In this document: in pieces, positions 1-13,800 of the stretch
Position numbering within the stretch: the first letter of the stretch is position 1
Layout of the letters: every line of letters starts with the position of its first letter
Assembly (NCBI RefSeq): GCF_009914755.1
Contig: NC_060929.1
Reading direction: 5' to 3' (one strand)
Origin: the human T2T-CHM13v2.0 reference genome, Homo sapiens
Length of the DNA: 64,000 bases
Notes under the pieces: generated by a model
Database searches by the model: none
The model's input: only the letters and a program-made list of their open reading frames with translations
What the model was told of the DNA's origin: nothing
Translations under genes and position numbers: made by a program

Positions 1-1216
1 AATAGCAGAGGTTTTGCTGACAACATATAGGAAATGATAACTGTGGATAAGTTCATGGAAGGGAAAGGGAACTAATATGATAGCAATCAAATAAGGAAAC
101 ATTCCTGAAAATTAATTTTAATATCATCAATCTTTGAGGTGATCTGAGCAAAGAGGTAGTTCTTTGTATCTAAATGTAATGAAAATTAGTGAGGCATCTA
201 TGAGCTTGGAGAATTTCCCCCGGGATAGTCAGAACTTGATGTTGTTGGGGGCCCACTGGCTTTTAGAATCTAGTTGAGTCTAAAAACTGAAGAGCAGGTG
301 CTCATCACAGGCATCTATTTGTATTAATTAACATGCATGAGGAGGGGGAAAGGGAACACTGACTGTTGCCATAAATATTCAGCAAATAAAACAAACAATA
401 TTCTTCCTCTTCTTAGCAAAGTGCTGATTTGGCTCTCCACAGGATCCTTCACTACATGAGAGGTGAAGTTGAAAATGTTAACCATTTCCAGTGATAAAAA
501 GGAAACTGATCTTGGCTCTGCGGGTTCAGAGTTGTCTGTCAACATTGTCAAGATGCAGTTGGAGGTATATGTGCACCATCTATTCAAGCAGAATATTTTC
601 TTTCAAAACATTCAAAATGTGTAATGTAAATACACAAAATGCAATTTTTGTATTTCCAGATACTAATAAGAAATACCAGGAATTGAAAATAAAAAATTCC
701 CTTTATATCACATATATTAGCTATTCAGGGATAAATCTGACAAACTATACATGATTCAAGTACACTGAAACCTATACAATAAAAAAATAAATTTTTAATC
801 AGTCAAATTATGCCTTTTATACTGAATAACTGGAAGCCATTTATCTATTTTATGCAATCCCATGAGAATTTAAAATTTGTAATTTGGCCTTACACATTTA
901 CAGAATGAGAAGTATACTTAAAGTTAAAATATTTTTACCCTTTTTTCTCTACCATATCCCAACAAAGGGTCAGCCACATCAATAGAGGAAAACCATTTTA
1001 TTTCTGGGAATTTCTTACTAGTAGAATTGTTTTCCTTATAGTAGGTTAAAAATTCCTCTTAAAAAATAATTCTTACCTGTTGATTTTATTTCATCTCATT
1101 AGGTCCAAAACATCTCTCGAAGACTAGACTACATCAAAAGTCTAGAAGATAATGTGCTTCACAAAGCAACAGGTCAAAACAGTTTTATTTAAATTTGAAA
1201 AATATGCAACACTTAC

Positions 1217-1271
1217 CAGATAGACTCAACAGGGCCAAGGCACTGAGAAGAAAGATGCCTGTTACCTTCAT
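1217..1271 (-). CDS. SPINK1: SPINK1 first coding exon (signal peptide MKVTGIFLLSALALLSLS-G, 55 nt). Intron 1 runs to the window start and later exons lie outside the window.
   Basis: Reverse complement reads ATGAAGGTAACAGGCATCTTT...CTATCTG|GTAAGT. This is the recognised pancreatic secretory trypsin inhibitor signal peptide with a canonical phase-1 donor at 1216. Confidence 0.97.
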
Positions 1272-1530
1272 GGCTGAAGTTCTGCGTCCAGAGGTCAGTT
1301 GAAAACTGCACCGCACTTACCACGTCTCTTCAGAAGCCTGGGACTGGAAGGGTCATATGGCAGATGGCAGCAAGGCCCCACCTACTGGGCTATATCACAG
1401 ATCTCCCTGGTTATTGATTGACTCTGTGTCATAGCCTGGCCTCCAGGTTCTGGGAATGTCACCTGTGTAAGAAAGGTGAAAGGAGCCAGGTGGGCCTGAA
1501 ACATGCAAGGCAAAGATTCTGTCAGGAAAA
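1272..1530 (-). promoter_or_regulatory. SPINK1: SPINK1 5'UTR and proximal promoter with an HNF1 site (1410-1422) and a PTF1-like E-box/TC-box pair (1451-1465)
   Basis: GTTATTGATTGAC resembles the HNF1 consensus GTTAATNATTAAC. The minus strand reads CAGGTG-ACA-TTCCCA. Bases at c.-53, -142, -147, -164, -215 and -253 match the reference alleles of the promoter variants as I recall them. Confidence 0.85.
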
Positions 1531-1610
1531 TAGTTCTAGTGGTTAGTTTGATCCCTAACTCCCTCTGTGGTTGTGGGAAAGTCATTCCCTTCTCAAGCCT
1601 GTTTTCTCAC
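1463..1610 (-). other. SPINK1: 148-nt 5'UTR intron of a longer SPINK1 isoform (upstream non-coding exon ends at 1611)
   Basis: Minus-strand donor CAG|GTGAGA at 1610 and acceptor CTCCTTTTCACCTTTCTTACACAG|G at 1463. The exon start corresponds to c.-191. Confidence 0.7.
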
Positions 1611-2035
1611 CTGTAAGATGAACTCAAAGATCCCTTCTACTCTGTAGTTCTGGATAGATGAGCAGGTATGGATAGCTACTAGAAAGAATTTTATTCCAAG
1701 TAGGGTAAAACCTCTCCATTCTTTTTTCCTTTCCTCCACTCTTCCTTTCTTATTCTTCTTTCTCTTTTCTCTATTTTTCCCTCACTCATTCACAAAACCT
1801 AAAGTAGCTGATGGAGTGGCAGATGAGAGGGAAAGAGAAAGCAAGAGAGAGAGAGGACTCAGTTCCCTAAAGCGTGTATTCTGGAGCTAGAGGGTGCTTG
1901 TTGGAGCCACTTTTGCTGTGCTTCTGTGTATTCATCTGGAAATTAAAATAATAATAACACCTAATTCAAAGGGTTACTCTTTCATCTGAGAATATGTGCT
2001 GGGTAAAAGAGAATATGTGCTGGATATCTACCATG

Positions 2036-2542
2036 TGTTATTAGAAGAGAATTCTCCATCCTCTCTCATGTTTTGGTGTGTCTTATGAGTAGAGGTACTG
2101 ATAACCTTTGTTTCAGACTATCTTTTTAAGGGTGTTTATATAACAAACGACCTTAGAAAATACGTAATGTCTCCCTCTGCACCAAAAGGCAGGTTTGTTT
2201 ACTGTTTAGTGTAATAAAGTTAATATCTCCTTCTAGGGCAAAGACCATGTTAATTGCCCTTTACAAAAGATTTCGGGTTTTTAAAAGCTTGGCCTTTCTT
2301 TCCTTTAACACACTGTACTTTCCCTGCAACTATCACTTGATGCCCCTTAAATTGGCCTGTGGAAATTGGGGCTTGGGAAACCAGAACAAATTCCAATACT
2401 CTGGCTGTTGCTATGGAATAATTAAGTCCCTTTTCTCTGAGCCAGGAGTCTGTGCCTTCTGCCAGAAACCATTATAATGTGGCAGGCTAACTTCTTAGCT
2501 TCCAAGTAGGATAAAATCTCAAACCCTTCCCAAGTCATGACA
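2036..2542 (+). mobile_element. Solo ERV1 LTR, MER31-like
   Basis: TG...CA bounded, about 500 bp. GAGAATTCTCCAT near the start and GCAGGCTAACTT...AAAATCTCA..CCCTTC..TGACA at the end resemble the recalled MER31 consensus. Confidence 0.6.
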
Positions 2543-5411
2543 AGAACTGTATTTATCTCTTAAGACAGATCAGTAAATAAAAATAACAATCTCTGTCTTC
2601 ATGGAGCTTCCATTGCCTTTTTGTTGAGGGAGGCAAGTGACAAAAAATAATAAGTGATTATAAAATATATCAGATAAATATTATGGAGAAAAGGACAAGA
2701 AGGATAAGGGTGCTGGAGGGTTAAGGAGATATGTATCATAGCGTAATCAGAGAAGGTCTTGCTTTTCAGGTGATATCACACAGAGACATGAAGGAAATGA
2801 GGATTTGAACTATGCATTTATTCCAAGGATGTGCATTCCAGACAGAGAGAATAGTAAGCGCAAAGGTTCTGAGGCTGACGCTGGTTTGACATGTTTGAGA
2901 AACATCCAGGAGGACACTCTGGCTTGAGCAAAGTGATAGAGGGCAAAATGGGAGATGAAATAATGGAAGCAGTGAGGGTCTAAATCTAGTGCAGTCTAGA
3001 GTAAGGACTTTGGTTTTTATCAAAGGGAAGCTTTGGAAGTGTTTAGTTCTTGAAATCACTATTTGGATGTTTTACAGCTACCTCAAATCTAATATGTTCC
3101 ATACTACTATTTTGATCTTTCACCACAATATTTTTGTCTCTATTCTCCCTACAGCTTCTTTTCTTTCCAGTAGATCACTCAAGCCCAAACCTCGTTGTTC
3201 TCCCTGATATTTCCCTTTCCCCTTTCTATGCATCATCTTCCACACTTAATTTGCTACCAAGTTCTCTTCTTGGATTCATGTTCAAAATAACCTCAATCCT
3301 GGACACTTCTCATTAGCTTCCACTGTCATATCTAAGACAATGCCATCCTTTCCCCCTGGGTTTCTGCATTTCCTGCAAAGAGTTTCTCAATATTTGTTGT
3401 TATTTCTTCCTTAAAGCTGCTGCCCATAGAAAGGCCCATAGGGATCTTTATGGACTGCAAATTTGATCATGTATCTGTCCAGTTTCTCATTGTTCAGAAT
3501 GCTCAGGAAGAATTTAGGTCCTGTATGACTTGGCTCCTTTCTATCTTTATTCCCCAAGAGATTCTTCCTTGCTCAATCTGGTCATTTCCTTGCTACGTTG
3601 GTCATTTCTCTGTTACCCTTTACTAGGACCAACAAAACAAAATAATACAAAACAGCTTTTCACCTTCTAAGGTTAAAAGGTTAAGTGGTATTTTCTCAAG
3701 AAGCCATTCTTTCTGGGTCTTCCTTTACTTCTTTCTGCATCTAGATTATTCCCTCCTATTGTACGATCTTCATAAAACCCTTCATTGCACTTAAAATAAT
3801 TCCAACTCTATAGCTATTCATACGATTATTATGTAATATCTTTATTTTTAGGGAGTAAATACAGTTGCTTTATTTATTGTAGCACCTAACAAAGTGTCTG
3901 GAAAATAGTTGATACTAAATAAATATTTGCTAAAAACATAAATTAAGTGATAAATGTATATATTTCTGAAGACCAAGGTTTATGCCTTGTTCACTTCTGT
4001 GTCTCCGGTGCCTCCGGTTGAGTAGCCATTCATTGGTTCACCATTCGGCCTTTTATTCATTCAACTATTAATATATTCAAATATTCATCAAGTCCTTACT
4101 ATACAAAAATTTTTGGCTGAGTGCTAGGGAAATGGATATGATGTCTGCCCTCATGGAGTTTAGTCTTAGCATTGATAGATGTTGGTTGGATCATATTTGA
4201 TTTGATTTGAGATGAAAATATATTGGTTCTTTTCATCTCAAATCATTATTTAAATAGTAGTTTTGTGACCAGTAAGAAACTTCCAATAACCACTGTTAAG
4301 GAAGGTTCATATATGAGAAAAGGATTTTTTTCTTGGGTCTCACAAGCAGTGTGGGGAGAAGGGAATTGGCTGGGATCTGGTCACAGAAACTCATTAGATA
4401 ATAATAGCAGCAGTAATAACTTTAGATTTAGGCCTGCCTGATGCCAAAGCCTGGACTTTTTTCACCAAACAGTGCTTTTTAAACATTTTGACTGTGAACC
4501 TAAAGTAAAAATTTTGAGTTATGGCCTAGCATATGCATTATATGTAGATATGTGAGCAGACAAATACAGTTGTTAAAAAATAAAACAGTCTTATTATATG
4601 TGAGGACTCTTGATAGATTTTTTTATTCTATTCCATCCCAGTTTGCCAATCCTAATCTGTGATTAGAAAAAACATTTCACTACAGAAACATATCCTATGG
4701 ACCCTAGACAATCTTGTTTTTTAAATCACTACAATACTAAGATGAATTCTAGTTAAAAACTGGCCCTAAATTTGTGATAGGGAATGGCCCTTTGCAGACA
4801 ACAAGTTAAAGAGGATAAAAAAAACCCATGGAGAAAGGGGCCTGTCTCCAATTATAAATCTGCCATTTCAACTGTGACATGAGTGGGCAAAACAGTTTTC
4901 TCAACTACAAAAATACACATCATACAGTGTTCATTTGGTGTGAGAATAAACCAAGAAACCATAAGTAAATATTGTGCAAAAATATTATTCCTCACATGTC
5001 CAGGAATTATAATTGCTAGCTAGTAATAATATCACCCTCCTTCCATGAATTAGAACAATAGAAAATATACTGAGGCCTCATACAATCAATTCTTGACAGA
5101 ATAAATATTGTTTGCCCCGGGAGATGAGGAGTGCATTGACCAGAGAAATCCTGCCACCGTGCTAGACTATTAGTCATATTGAATGTGTTTACATTGCTCA
5201 ACCTTGTGTACATTTTTTCCTTTTCTTCTTTACTGCTCTGAGTACATATTTATGCATGTCTATCTTTGGGAACTCAAGTAAACATATTATGACCTACTCC
5301 CCTCTGATTCAAGGACTAATTATTCACCTGAGTAAAGAGTGATGACAAAACTCAAGAGAACTGCTCTAATGGATGTTGATAATACATGTTGGAATGGGGA
5401 TATTGGGCTGG

Positions 5412-5429
5412 CACCTGTTGATTTTCACA
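5412..5429 (+). promoter_or_regulatory. PTF1-type bipartite site in the SPINK1 upstream enhancer (c.-4141 position = 5412)
   Basis: CACCTG-ttga-TTTTCACA (E-box plus TC-box). 1271+4141=5412 is the first base of the E-box and is G on the gene strand. Confidence 0.8.
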
Positions 5430-5988
5430 TTCTGTGCCCAAAGTTTAACTAGTAAGAAAAAAATGACAGAAACTAGAGATATACAGCTTATTATATTTAG
5501 AGACCTCCTTGACATTTGGAGACCTCCTTGACATAGCTGCAACTTAATTCTTCAACTTTTATTTTTCATTATTTAGGGAACTTCATGGCTTTTCATAAAT
5601 GACCTCTTGTTTTTATTCCACTGCTTGTTCTCCAAATAGGTTGCATGTGTACCTATTTGCTGTACCCATCCTCTACAGCTTGGGTAAAATGTCTGTGGTG
5701 CTTGATGCAATTAGGAAAGATTTACTCACTTTCCTTTGCCTCTCATAGCAGTTTGTAAAGCTATCACTTAATAATTACATTGATTACATCCTCCTCCTCA
5801 TCATTATCATTATAGCCACTACTAATATTTTTCAAAAGCTTCTATTCATCAGTCACTGCAGTATTTTATTTTCATCATTTTAATCCTGATATCATTGTTA
5901 TTTCTCTTTTATAAGAAAGGAAACTGAAGCACAGAGATTTCAGTTTTCTTGTTCCTGGTAACAGATTAACAGATATGGTATTTACTGA

Positions 5989-5990
<2 letters not shown>

Positions 5991-6024
<34 letters not shown>
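5991..6024. repeat. (TG)n microsatellite
   Basis: Direct inspection. Confidence 0.97.
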
Positions 6025-6027
<3 letters not shown>

Positions 6028-7341
6028 AAACTTAATGTCATGGTTAGAACATTGGATTAAACTCCAAGAAACCAGGATTCTTAATTTAATACTGCCACAA
6101 AGAAAGGGTTGCCCCCTCGTCTATGTAAACCCTGCACTTAAGCGTCTCTGTTACAGCACTTTAAACTGGAAATTCTAATTTTTCATTTTTCTTATTTGTC
6201 TCCTTTACTAAACTCCTGGATGTCATGACCTTTTATCTACACAGTCAAGTACACTGTTAGATCCAGTGGCACCTGATAATATGTGCGAAATCCATGCCTT
6301 CTAAGCATTTGTGGGCATAGTAGACTTTAATAAGATTGCAAAGAATTGCATCACACACTAGGCAACAAAATATTTTAAAAACATGTCAGACTTTATAACT
6401 ACTCTTAACTGGAAGTCTTTCTTGGTCATTTCCCGCCAAGCAGTAGCCAAACTTACAAATGTATGTTACTCCATCTTCATTCTCTTTTCTACTCTCTCCA
6501 GCCAGGAATGAAACAACCAGTTTCTTTCCTTGTCTAGAACAGAAACAGATGACACCTTGGCTCTGGAGATACCATATCTAACAAGTTCTTTTCAGGATAT
6601 TTTCCCAAAAAAGACAGTTCTTTCCCTAAAATAAATTCTGGTGCCAGCTGTAAAGATAATAACATTTCCAGCATGTCATTTAATGATTGAAAGTCTAATC
6701 TTTGCAGAATGACAGACCTCAGTTCAAACCTATGTGTAACTTTGAGCTAAACTTCATATTTATGACCCTCAATTTTCATAATTTTTCCTCTAAATACCCT
6801 CAGGCTGGATGGGTTTTAAAATTCAAATTTTTTTTGTAAATTTTTGAAAAGTTATATGTGCAGTTCAGAAAGCCCAGTGGTGCCTGGCACAGCACCCTTT
6901 AATCAAATACACCAATAATTCTTCTGCAAAACGTATCATGTAGAGAAAATAATTATCCTTAAATCATCTCTTGACAGATTTTGCTGTCAAATGAGTTACA
7001 AAATGAAACAAAAGAAAAACTTCTGAAACAAAACAAAAACAAAACAAACCCCTCTGTGGGGTTTGAAATGATGAATTAGGGACTGTGGACCTGTAGATAC
7101 TTCACAGAGTTGTTATGAGGAATTAAGAGGATAATGCCTTTGCATAAGGCTCATAGCTCACACCAGGACAACAAGGGGTTAATAAGTGCCTGTGCCTACT
7201 TCTACTATTGCTGCCATATGGTGGCTCATGTCAAATTTGGGATCAACTACGTGCCCTTTCTCTTTCCTTATATTGGTGTAATCTTTCCTTATTGTATGTT
7301 CAATTTATAGGAAATTTCTGAAACTGCTCTTACATTAACTT

Positions 7342-7703
<362 letters not shown>

Positions 7704-8712
7704 TAACTTTTCTTACAGGGACAAGCCATCCGTGTTGGAGGCCACCTGTCTTGGACCCACAAGAGTTTTATGAATGCCTCCCATCAGCTCTTTTCACTGA
7801 TAGACCTCTAAGTCTCGTTTTCCAGAAGCTTTGCTCTTCTCTCAATCTGGCACTGATCCCCTACAGCAATCATTAACTAAATGTTCAAACATAAGACAAG
7901 GAAGCATCCAGTTGAGAAACGTGTTTACTGGAAGAAAAAACAAATGTTTCTTGTAACCTATGAAAATCAAAGAAGAATTCTGTAGCTAAAGGTAGTAGTG
8001 TATATCTGGGGACAAAAGGTCAATTAATGAATAACCACATTTCAGATAAGGAAATATAGAATGCTGTGGAACAACTATAGCAAGAGGGAGAGTGTATGAA
8101 GATCATAAAAACAATTTCAGTAGATTCTGGCTTCTGGTCCCATACTCTTAACCAAACCTCTTATGTCTTATTAATGAATTTATTCTTGCCAATTCATATG
8201 ATCTTTTTTACTTTTTCTCACTTTTCTAGATGTGTTGTATATGTCTCCAGACTCTAGTTGGCTTCACTGTACTGTGAAACATTTCCATATAATGCCCTGA
8301 TATCATTTCAAACTTTTATACTTTATAAAATATATCTGATTATTTTTTAACAATTCTTCTTTCCCAAATTTCTCCAGTTCTCTTGAGAGCATAGCCATTA
8401 TTTCAAATCTTTGGTTTAGAGTCTCCTGGGGTCTTGTTCTTTGCTTTTCCATGGCTCTTGATCTAATCCATCATCAACTTTCCTAATTCATCTTTCATCT
8501 ACATTCATCTTTCTATTCATCTTCCATCACTCTAGGCCTACAGTATTCCCCCACGGTTCCCCATGGTCTCTCCTACTTGCTATAGGCTATCCATCTCATG
8601 GTCCTGAAGAGGGAGAGGACCTGGATTGATGACTTGATCTGCCTCTCACCAACACTGTGATCCCTGTCTCCTCTTTCCCTCACCAGCCTCCTATTTCCCC
8701 TAACATAGTCAC

Positions 8713-9089
8713 TGGATTAGTCTGCTCTCATACTGCTAATAAAGACATACCCAAGACTGCGTACTTTATAAAGGAAAGAGGTTTAATTGACTCACAGTTC
8801 CACATGGCTGGGGAGGCCTCAGGAAACTTACAATCATGGCAGAAGGAGAAGCAAACACATCCTTCTTCACATGGCAGCAGCAAGGAGAAGTATTGAGCAA
8901 AAGGGAGAAAAGTCCCTTATAAAACTATCAGACCTTGTGAGAACTTACTCACTGTCACAAGAACAGCATGAGGGTAACCACACCCATGATTCAGTTACCT
9001 CCCCACTGGGTCCCTCCCATGACACATAGGGATTATGGGAACTACAATTCAAGATGAGACTTAGGTGGGGACACAGTCAAATCATATCA
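8713..9089 (-). mobile_element. THE1-family MaLR solo LTR
   Basis: Reverse complement begins TGATATGATTTGACTGTGTCCCCACC. Near-perfect 5-bp TSD GTCAC/GTCAT. Confidence 0.9.
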
Positions 9090-9209
9090 GTCATCAAACC
9101 ACGTTAAACCTACTTGACTCTATCTCCATATTTGTTTTGCTGATTCTTCCTCCATTCAGATGATTATCAACTTGTTGAAGTTGCCTAACTGTTCATTGCA
9201 TCCTGCTAT

Positions 9210-10275
9210 TTTAAAAATATGAAAGTATTTTAGGATAGTTTTAGATTTGTCAAAAAATTGTAAAGTTTGTACAGAAAATGTATGGATATCCCTAACCCAG
9301 TTTTCCCTATTCTTAACATTTTACATTACCTGGGTACATTTTTCAAAACTACAAAACAAACACTGGCATATTACCATTAATTAAACACTATACTTCACTG
9401 TGATTTCAGTAGTTTTTCCACTAGTATTCTTTTCCTGTTCCAGGATCTCATCTAGGATATAACATCACATTTAGTGATTGTGTTTCCTTAGTCTCTCTGA
9501 TCTGTGACAGAACAGACTAAGAAAACACAACCATTAAATGTGGGAAAAAATAACTGATTGTCCTTAGTCTCTTCTGTCACAGATTAGAAAATATTAAGGA
9601 AAATCAGTTATTCCTCGTTTTTCATTACCTGGACAAGTTTTGAGGAGTAGTCAGGTATTTTTTCAAATATCCCTCAATTTTTTAAAAATGTTTTTCTCAT
9701 GAGTAGACTGGAGTTAGGGATTTGGGGAAAGAACCTCTAAATTAAAGAGATCAGATACCTTTCTCATCAGATATTATGGATACATGCTATTAATATGACA
9801 TCACCCGTGATGCTAAACTTTATCATCTGGTCCAGGTGGTGTTTCTCAACTATAAAACTAATTTTGACCCCCTTTTCATAGCCCATTATTTGGAAGAAAG
9901 CCAGTAAGTGCAGCCCACATTGGGGAATGAGGAGTTAAGCTTCAACTCTTTGAGAACAGAGTATCTCCATAAACCATTTCAAATTCCTCTATAAGGAACA
10001 TATGTCTCTTTCTCTTTATTGATATATTCATGTACTTAGAAAAGGATTTATATCAGTATAAATATTGAGATAGAGAAGTACAAAGTCTCGTGAATATGTA
10101 TTTAATATTTTGGTTATAATTCAATAATACACTATTTATTTTGGTGGTCAAATTGTTCCAGGTTTGGTCATTCCATTGGGTGAGCTTTCAGACTGGCTCC
10201 TATAGCACTTTGACATACTTTTATTTTGTGTTTATTTTGTTTGTTGAAAATTTTGTTTTTGGGCACTACGAGATG
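9210..10275 (-). mobile_element. Old L1M 3'-end fragment
   Basis: T-rich antisense L1 3'UTR-like motifs (ttagattt..aaaaattg, ctgttccaggatc). Boundaries approximate. Confidence 0.55.
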
Positions 10276-10278
10276 CTC

Positions 10279-10280
<2 letters not shown>

Positions 10281-10337
<57 letters not shown>

Positions 10338-10345
10338 ATATATAT
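10281..10345. repeat. Compound (CT)n(AT)n microsatellite
   Basis: Direct inspection. Confidence 0.95.
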
Positions 10346-10582
10346 GTTTTAAGAAAACATTTAAAAATTGTTATATATTTTAAGGTGTACAACATGTTTT
10401 TATATACATAGTTAAACGACTACTACAGTCAAGCTAATTAACACATTCATCATCTCACATTGTTACCTTTTTTAAAAAAATGATAAGAATGCTTAACATC
10501 TGTCTACTCTCTTAGAAAATTTCTGGTATACAATGAAATATTATTAATTATAGTCCTCATGCTGTATGTTAGATATTCAGAC

Positions 10583-10880
10583 TTTTTTTTGTTGTTGTTG
10601 GAGACGGAGTTCTGCTCTGTCGCCCAGTCTGGAATGCACTGGTGCAACCTTGGCTTGCTGCAACCTCCGCCTCTTGGGTTCATGAGATTTTCCTGCCTTA
10701 ACCTCCCGAGTAGCTGGGATTACAGGCACCCGCCACAATGCCCGGCTAATTTTTGTATTTTTAGTAGAGATGGGGCTTCACCATGTTGGCCAGACTGGTC
10801 TTAAACTCCTGACCTTGTGATCCACCTGCCTCGGCCTCCCAAAGTACTGGAATTACAGGCATGAGCCACCGTGCCTGGCC
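10583..10880 (-). mobile_element. Alu inserted in an antisense L1MA-type 3' end (about 10350-10920)
   Basis: Dimeric Alu with imperfect TSD GATATTCAGACTTTT / GATATCTAGACTTTT. L1 motif tgtataactttgtacccttt continues after it. Confidence 0.9.
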
Positions 10881-13800
10881 GATATCTAGACTTTTTCATC
10901 TGTATAACTTTGTACCCTTTGGCCTCCCTATTCCCAGTTTAATCCTGCAACTACCTTACTTAAAATTCCTTTTTGCAATTATGATAAAATGCAAATCCCT
11001 AGCATTGCATAAGAGATCCTTTGTGATTTACTCCTTACTTATGAACAAATTCATCTGTATCTCAGTTTAAATTTCAGCTATTCTGAGAAGACTTCTTTTA
11101 TCAGCTGCCCCTTCCCATTAAAACATGGGTTTAGAAATCTTTCTATGTATTTCCGTAGTGTGCTGACCACATGGTAGCAGACTCTGAATAAACTATATTG
11201 AATGAATAATATTGTGATCTTCACAATGGCAATTAACCACAGTGTCTTCATTTGTAAAACAAATGTGATGGCTTTTTAGACATTAATAGTTTGGATGCAA
11301 TGAAATAAGTTTTTGAAAATGCTATGTGAATTGTTATCAATTCACAGATATAAATTATGTTAGAAAATCGGGGTGAGAAAGGAAACAAATTACATTAATT
11401 TGAATCAACTCTCCCCCACGCCTCTCCAATGCAAAGCTCAAGACAAGTAGTTTACTTGGCAGCAAGCAGGAGTAGGAAACCAACTGTAAGTCAGGAAAAG
11501 GAGAAAAAGGGGTGCATCATTGTTCTGATTACATTGTGAGCAACTTGGGCTTCTTTTACACGGGAAACTTGCTATTTCTTTTACTGTTGTGAACAGTGGA
11601 CTTAACATTCAATGCATGCAGGAGTGGATACGAGCAGTAAAGAAGACCTCAAGCTTATAGAAAACCTTTTTATATGTCTAACATCCCTTAAGTATCTACT
11701 TAGTATGAGGAGAATGTGAAAGTGAATGAGATATGGCCTTTCCCCAAGTTTTGGTGCTTAAATGAAGCATATGCAGTCAGAGAATAAGGAGGAAAACCAA
11801 ATTCTACAAACCAGATTGGAAAGGGTCTTGCTTGAATACCAGGCTACAAAATTTGGGCTTCACTTATCATATAAAGGACACATAGCGAAGATACTTAAGC
11901 AGGAGAGTTACGAGTTACCTGATCAAAGCTGTATTTTAGGAATATTGTTTTGGTGGGGATTTGAATGGATTACAATTGGGAGGGAACATTGGTAGGTGAG
12001 AAATAATTTGATGTTAACTATTGGGAGCCTGAACTGGGAGGACAGAATGGAGCATTTCAGGGTATTTCAATGTAAATGAGAAAATAGCGTGGTCAGGGCT
12101 CAGAATCTCTGAAGCTGACTAAGGATGAATGATTTGGAGGCTATATGCCACCCAGTTGTCTCCTTTTATATTTGATAAGGAGCCAGAGGTCCTCGTTAAC
12201 TTTAATTTTTTCCAGACATATTTTCATATAGCCCTTTAAATTAGATCTGCTGAACATCTGAGTCTTTTTCAAAGTTCCATCAAAGTTCACAGTGAAAGGG
12301 TTTTAGGATACATCTGTATGGTATTTCCTTGTGGAACAGTGGAGCTACTTTGTAGGCTCTAGCATGCAAAGATTTTGTTTTTTTTTTGAGTTGTGTATTT
12401 GTTTACGAGTTTATATCCCCCTAATAAATGTAATGCTTCTTTAGGGGGGCAATTTGGTTTTATATATCTTTATGGCTGCTACAGAAGCTAGCATAGTACT
12501 TATCACAAAGTACTTTAAAAAGGCTTATTTTCATTGAATGAATAGTATGTTCACTTAGGATTAAAAATGGGCAAATTCTGTTCTAGGAAATATGCAATGT
12601 GTAGGGTTTGCCAAATATCTTTCAGGAAAGAGACAGATTTTAGACAGTGAGAAAGACTTAATCATTCCCAAAGAGAGTGTTTACCCAGTAAGCTGCATTC
12701 GTTCTAGGGTCCTCAGTTCTGTTTTTGGAAACTCTTGGACACTTTGAGACCTAATCAATCAGGCTCTCCTTTGTGTTCCCAGTACCGCTGAATAGCTTCT
12801 ATTATAGCTTTCCATGTGAACCAGGAGGTCCCTGGAATGCAGAGTCTGCAGCTTCCTTTTCCCAGTACCTAGTAGATCATAGGTCTTTAAAAAGTAAATG
12901 ATGTGCCAAACACATAGTAGGTTCTTAAAAAGTAAATGACTGAACCAAGTAAAATTGTGTTTAAAAATTATTACCTTATTCTCAGATCTTTACCTGCTTA
13001 CATTAAAGAGCCCCATGTTGTATTGTGAAATAAATAAGTTACAGGATGATCCCATTTATGTATAAAACATTGCAAATGGTTATTAACAGAAGGCTTGAAT
13101 ATAATTGGGTCAGAGTCAAGCAGTAATTTCACTGTGTAGTACAGTTTGGATTTTTTGAAGCAATAAGAATGTTTTCCTGTATTATTTTTTATCATGAAAG
13201 TAACATTTTAAAATATGAGAAAATTATCCTAAATGCAATTTTATTTTTGAAGTACGGCCCATAGCACTAATCATTTTGCAAAGCCTGCATTTGGAAAGAG
13301 TCTCCTATAATGGCTAATTAAGCCCTTGTAAAGTGAGAGGGAACAAGCTAATAGGAGGTATCGGGAACAAGCTAATAGGAGGTATCAGAAACAGTGAACT
13401 CAGCCTGGAGACCTCTGTCTCAAGAGAGAGGAATTATAATTGAGTTTAGTACAGCGCCAGAACCTTGAAAAGAGTGGGCAAAAGCAACTGAGTCAAACAA
13501 TGATTTATCCAATATTAAGGCTGCTCTAAAATACTGCAGAGGTCCTCCAGTTGATCCTGTCACCTTTCAGATGAGGATGCTAAAGCTGAAATCAAGTAAG
13601 AAGCAAGAACACTTGCTTCCCACTTGAGGTAAAAGGAGCTGTAGAATAAAGTTGTGGGTAGAAGGTTGAGAAATTCATCAAATGCACAATCAAGACCAAA
13701 ATAACAAAAAATTACTGCCTAAATCCAAGAAGTCAGTCCCCTAATTGCTTCCATTCTTGGCTGTTATGATGAACAGGTGACCTCTGCAATTTTTTCCATC

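Noticed and set aside
1988-2022. Short direct repeats (also 12880-12939 and 46249-46275) as CRISPR-like units
   Set aside because: Only two copies each, eukaryotic context, no cas genes. Ordinary local duplications.
8657-10804. ORFs over THE1, microsatellite and Alu sequence (also 63228-63533)
   Set aside because: Typical repeat-derived translations with no exon structure.
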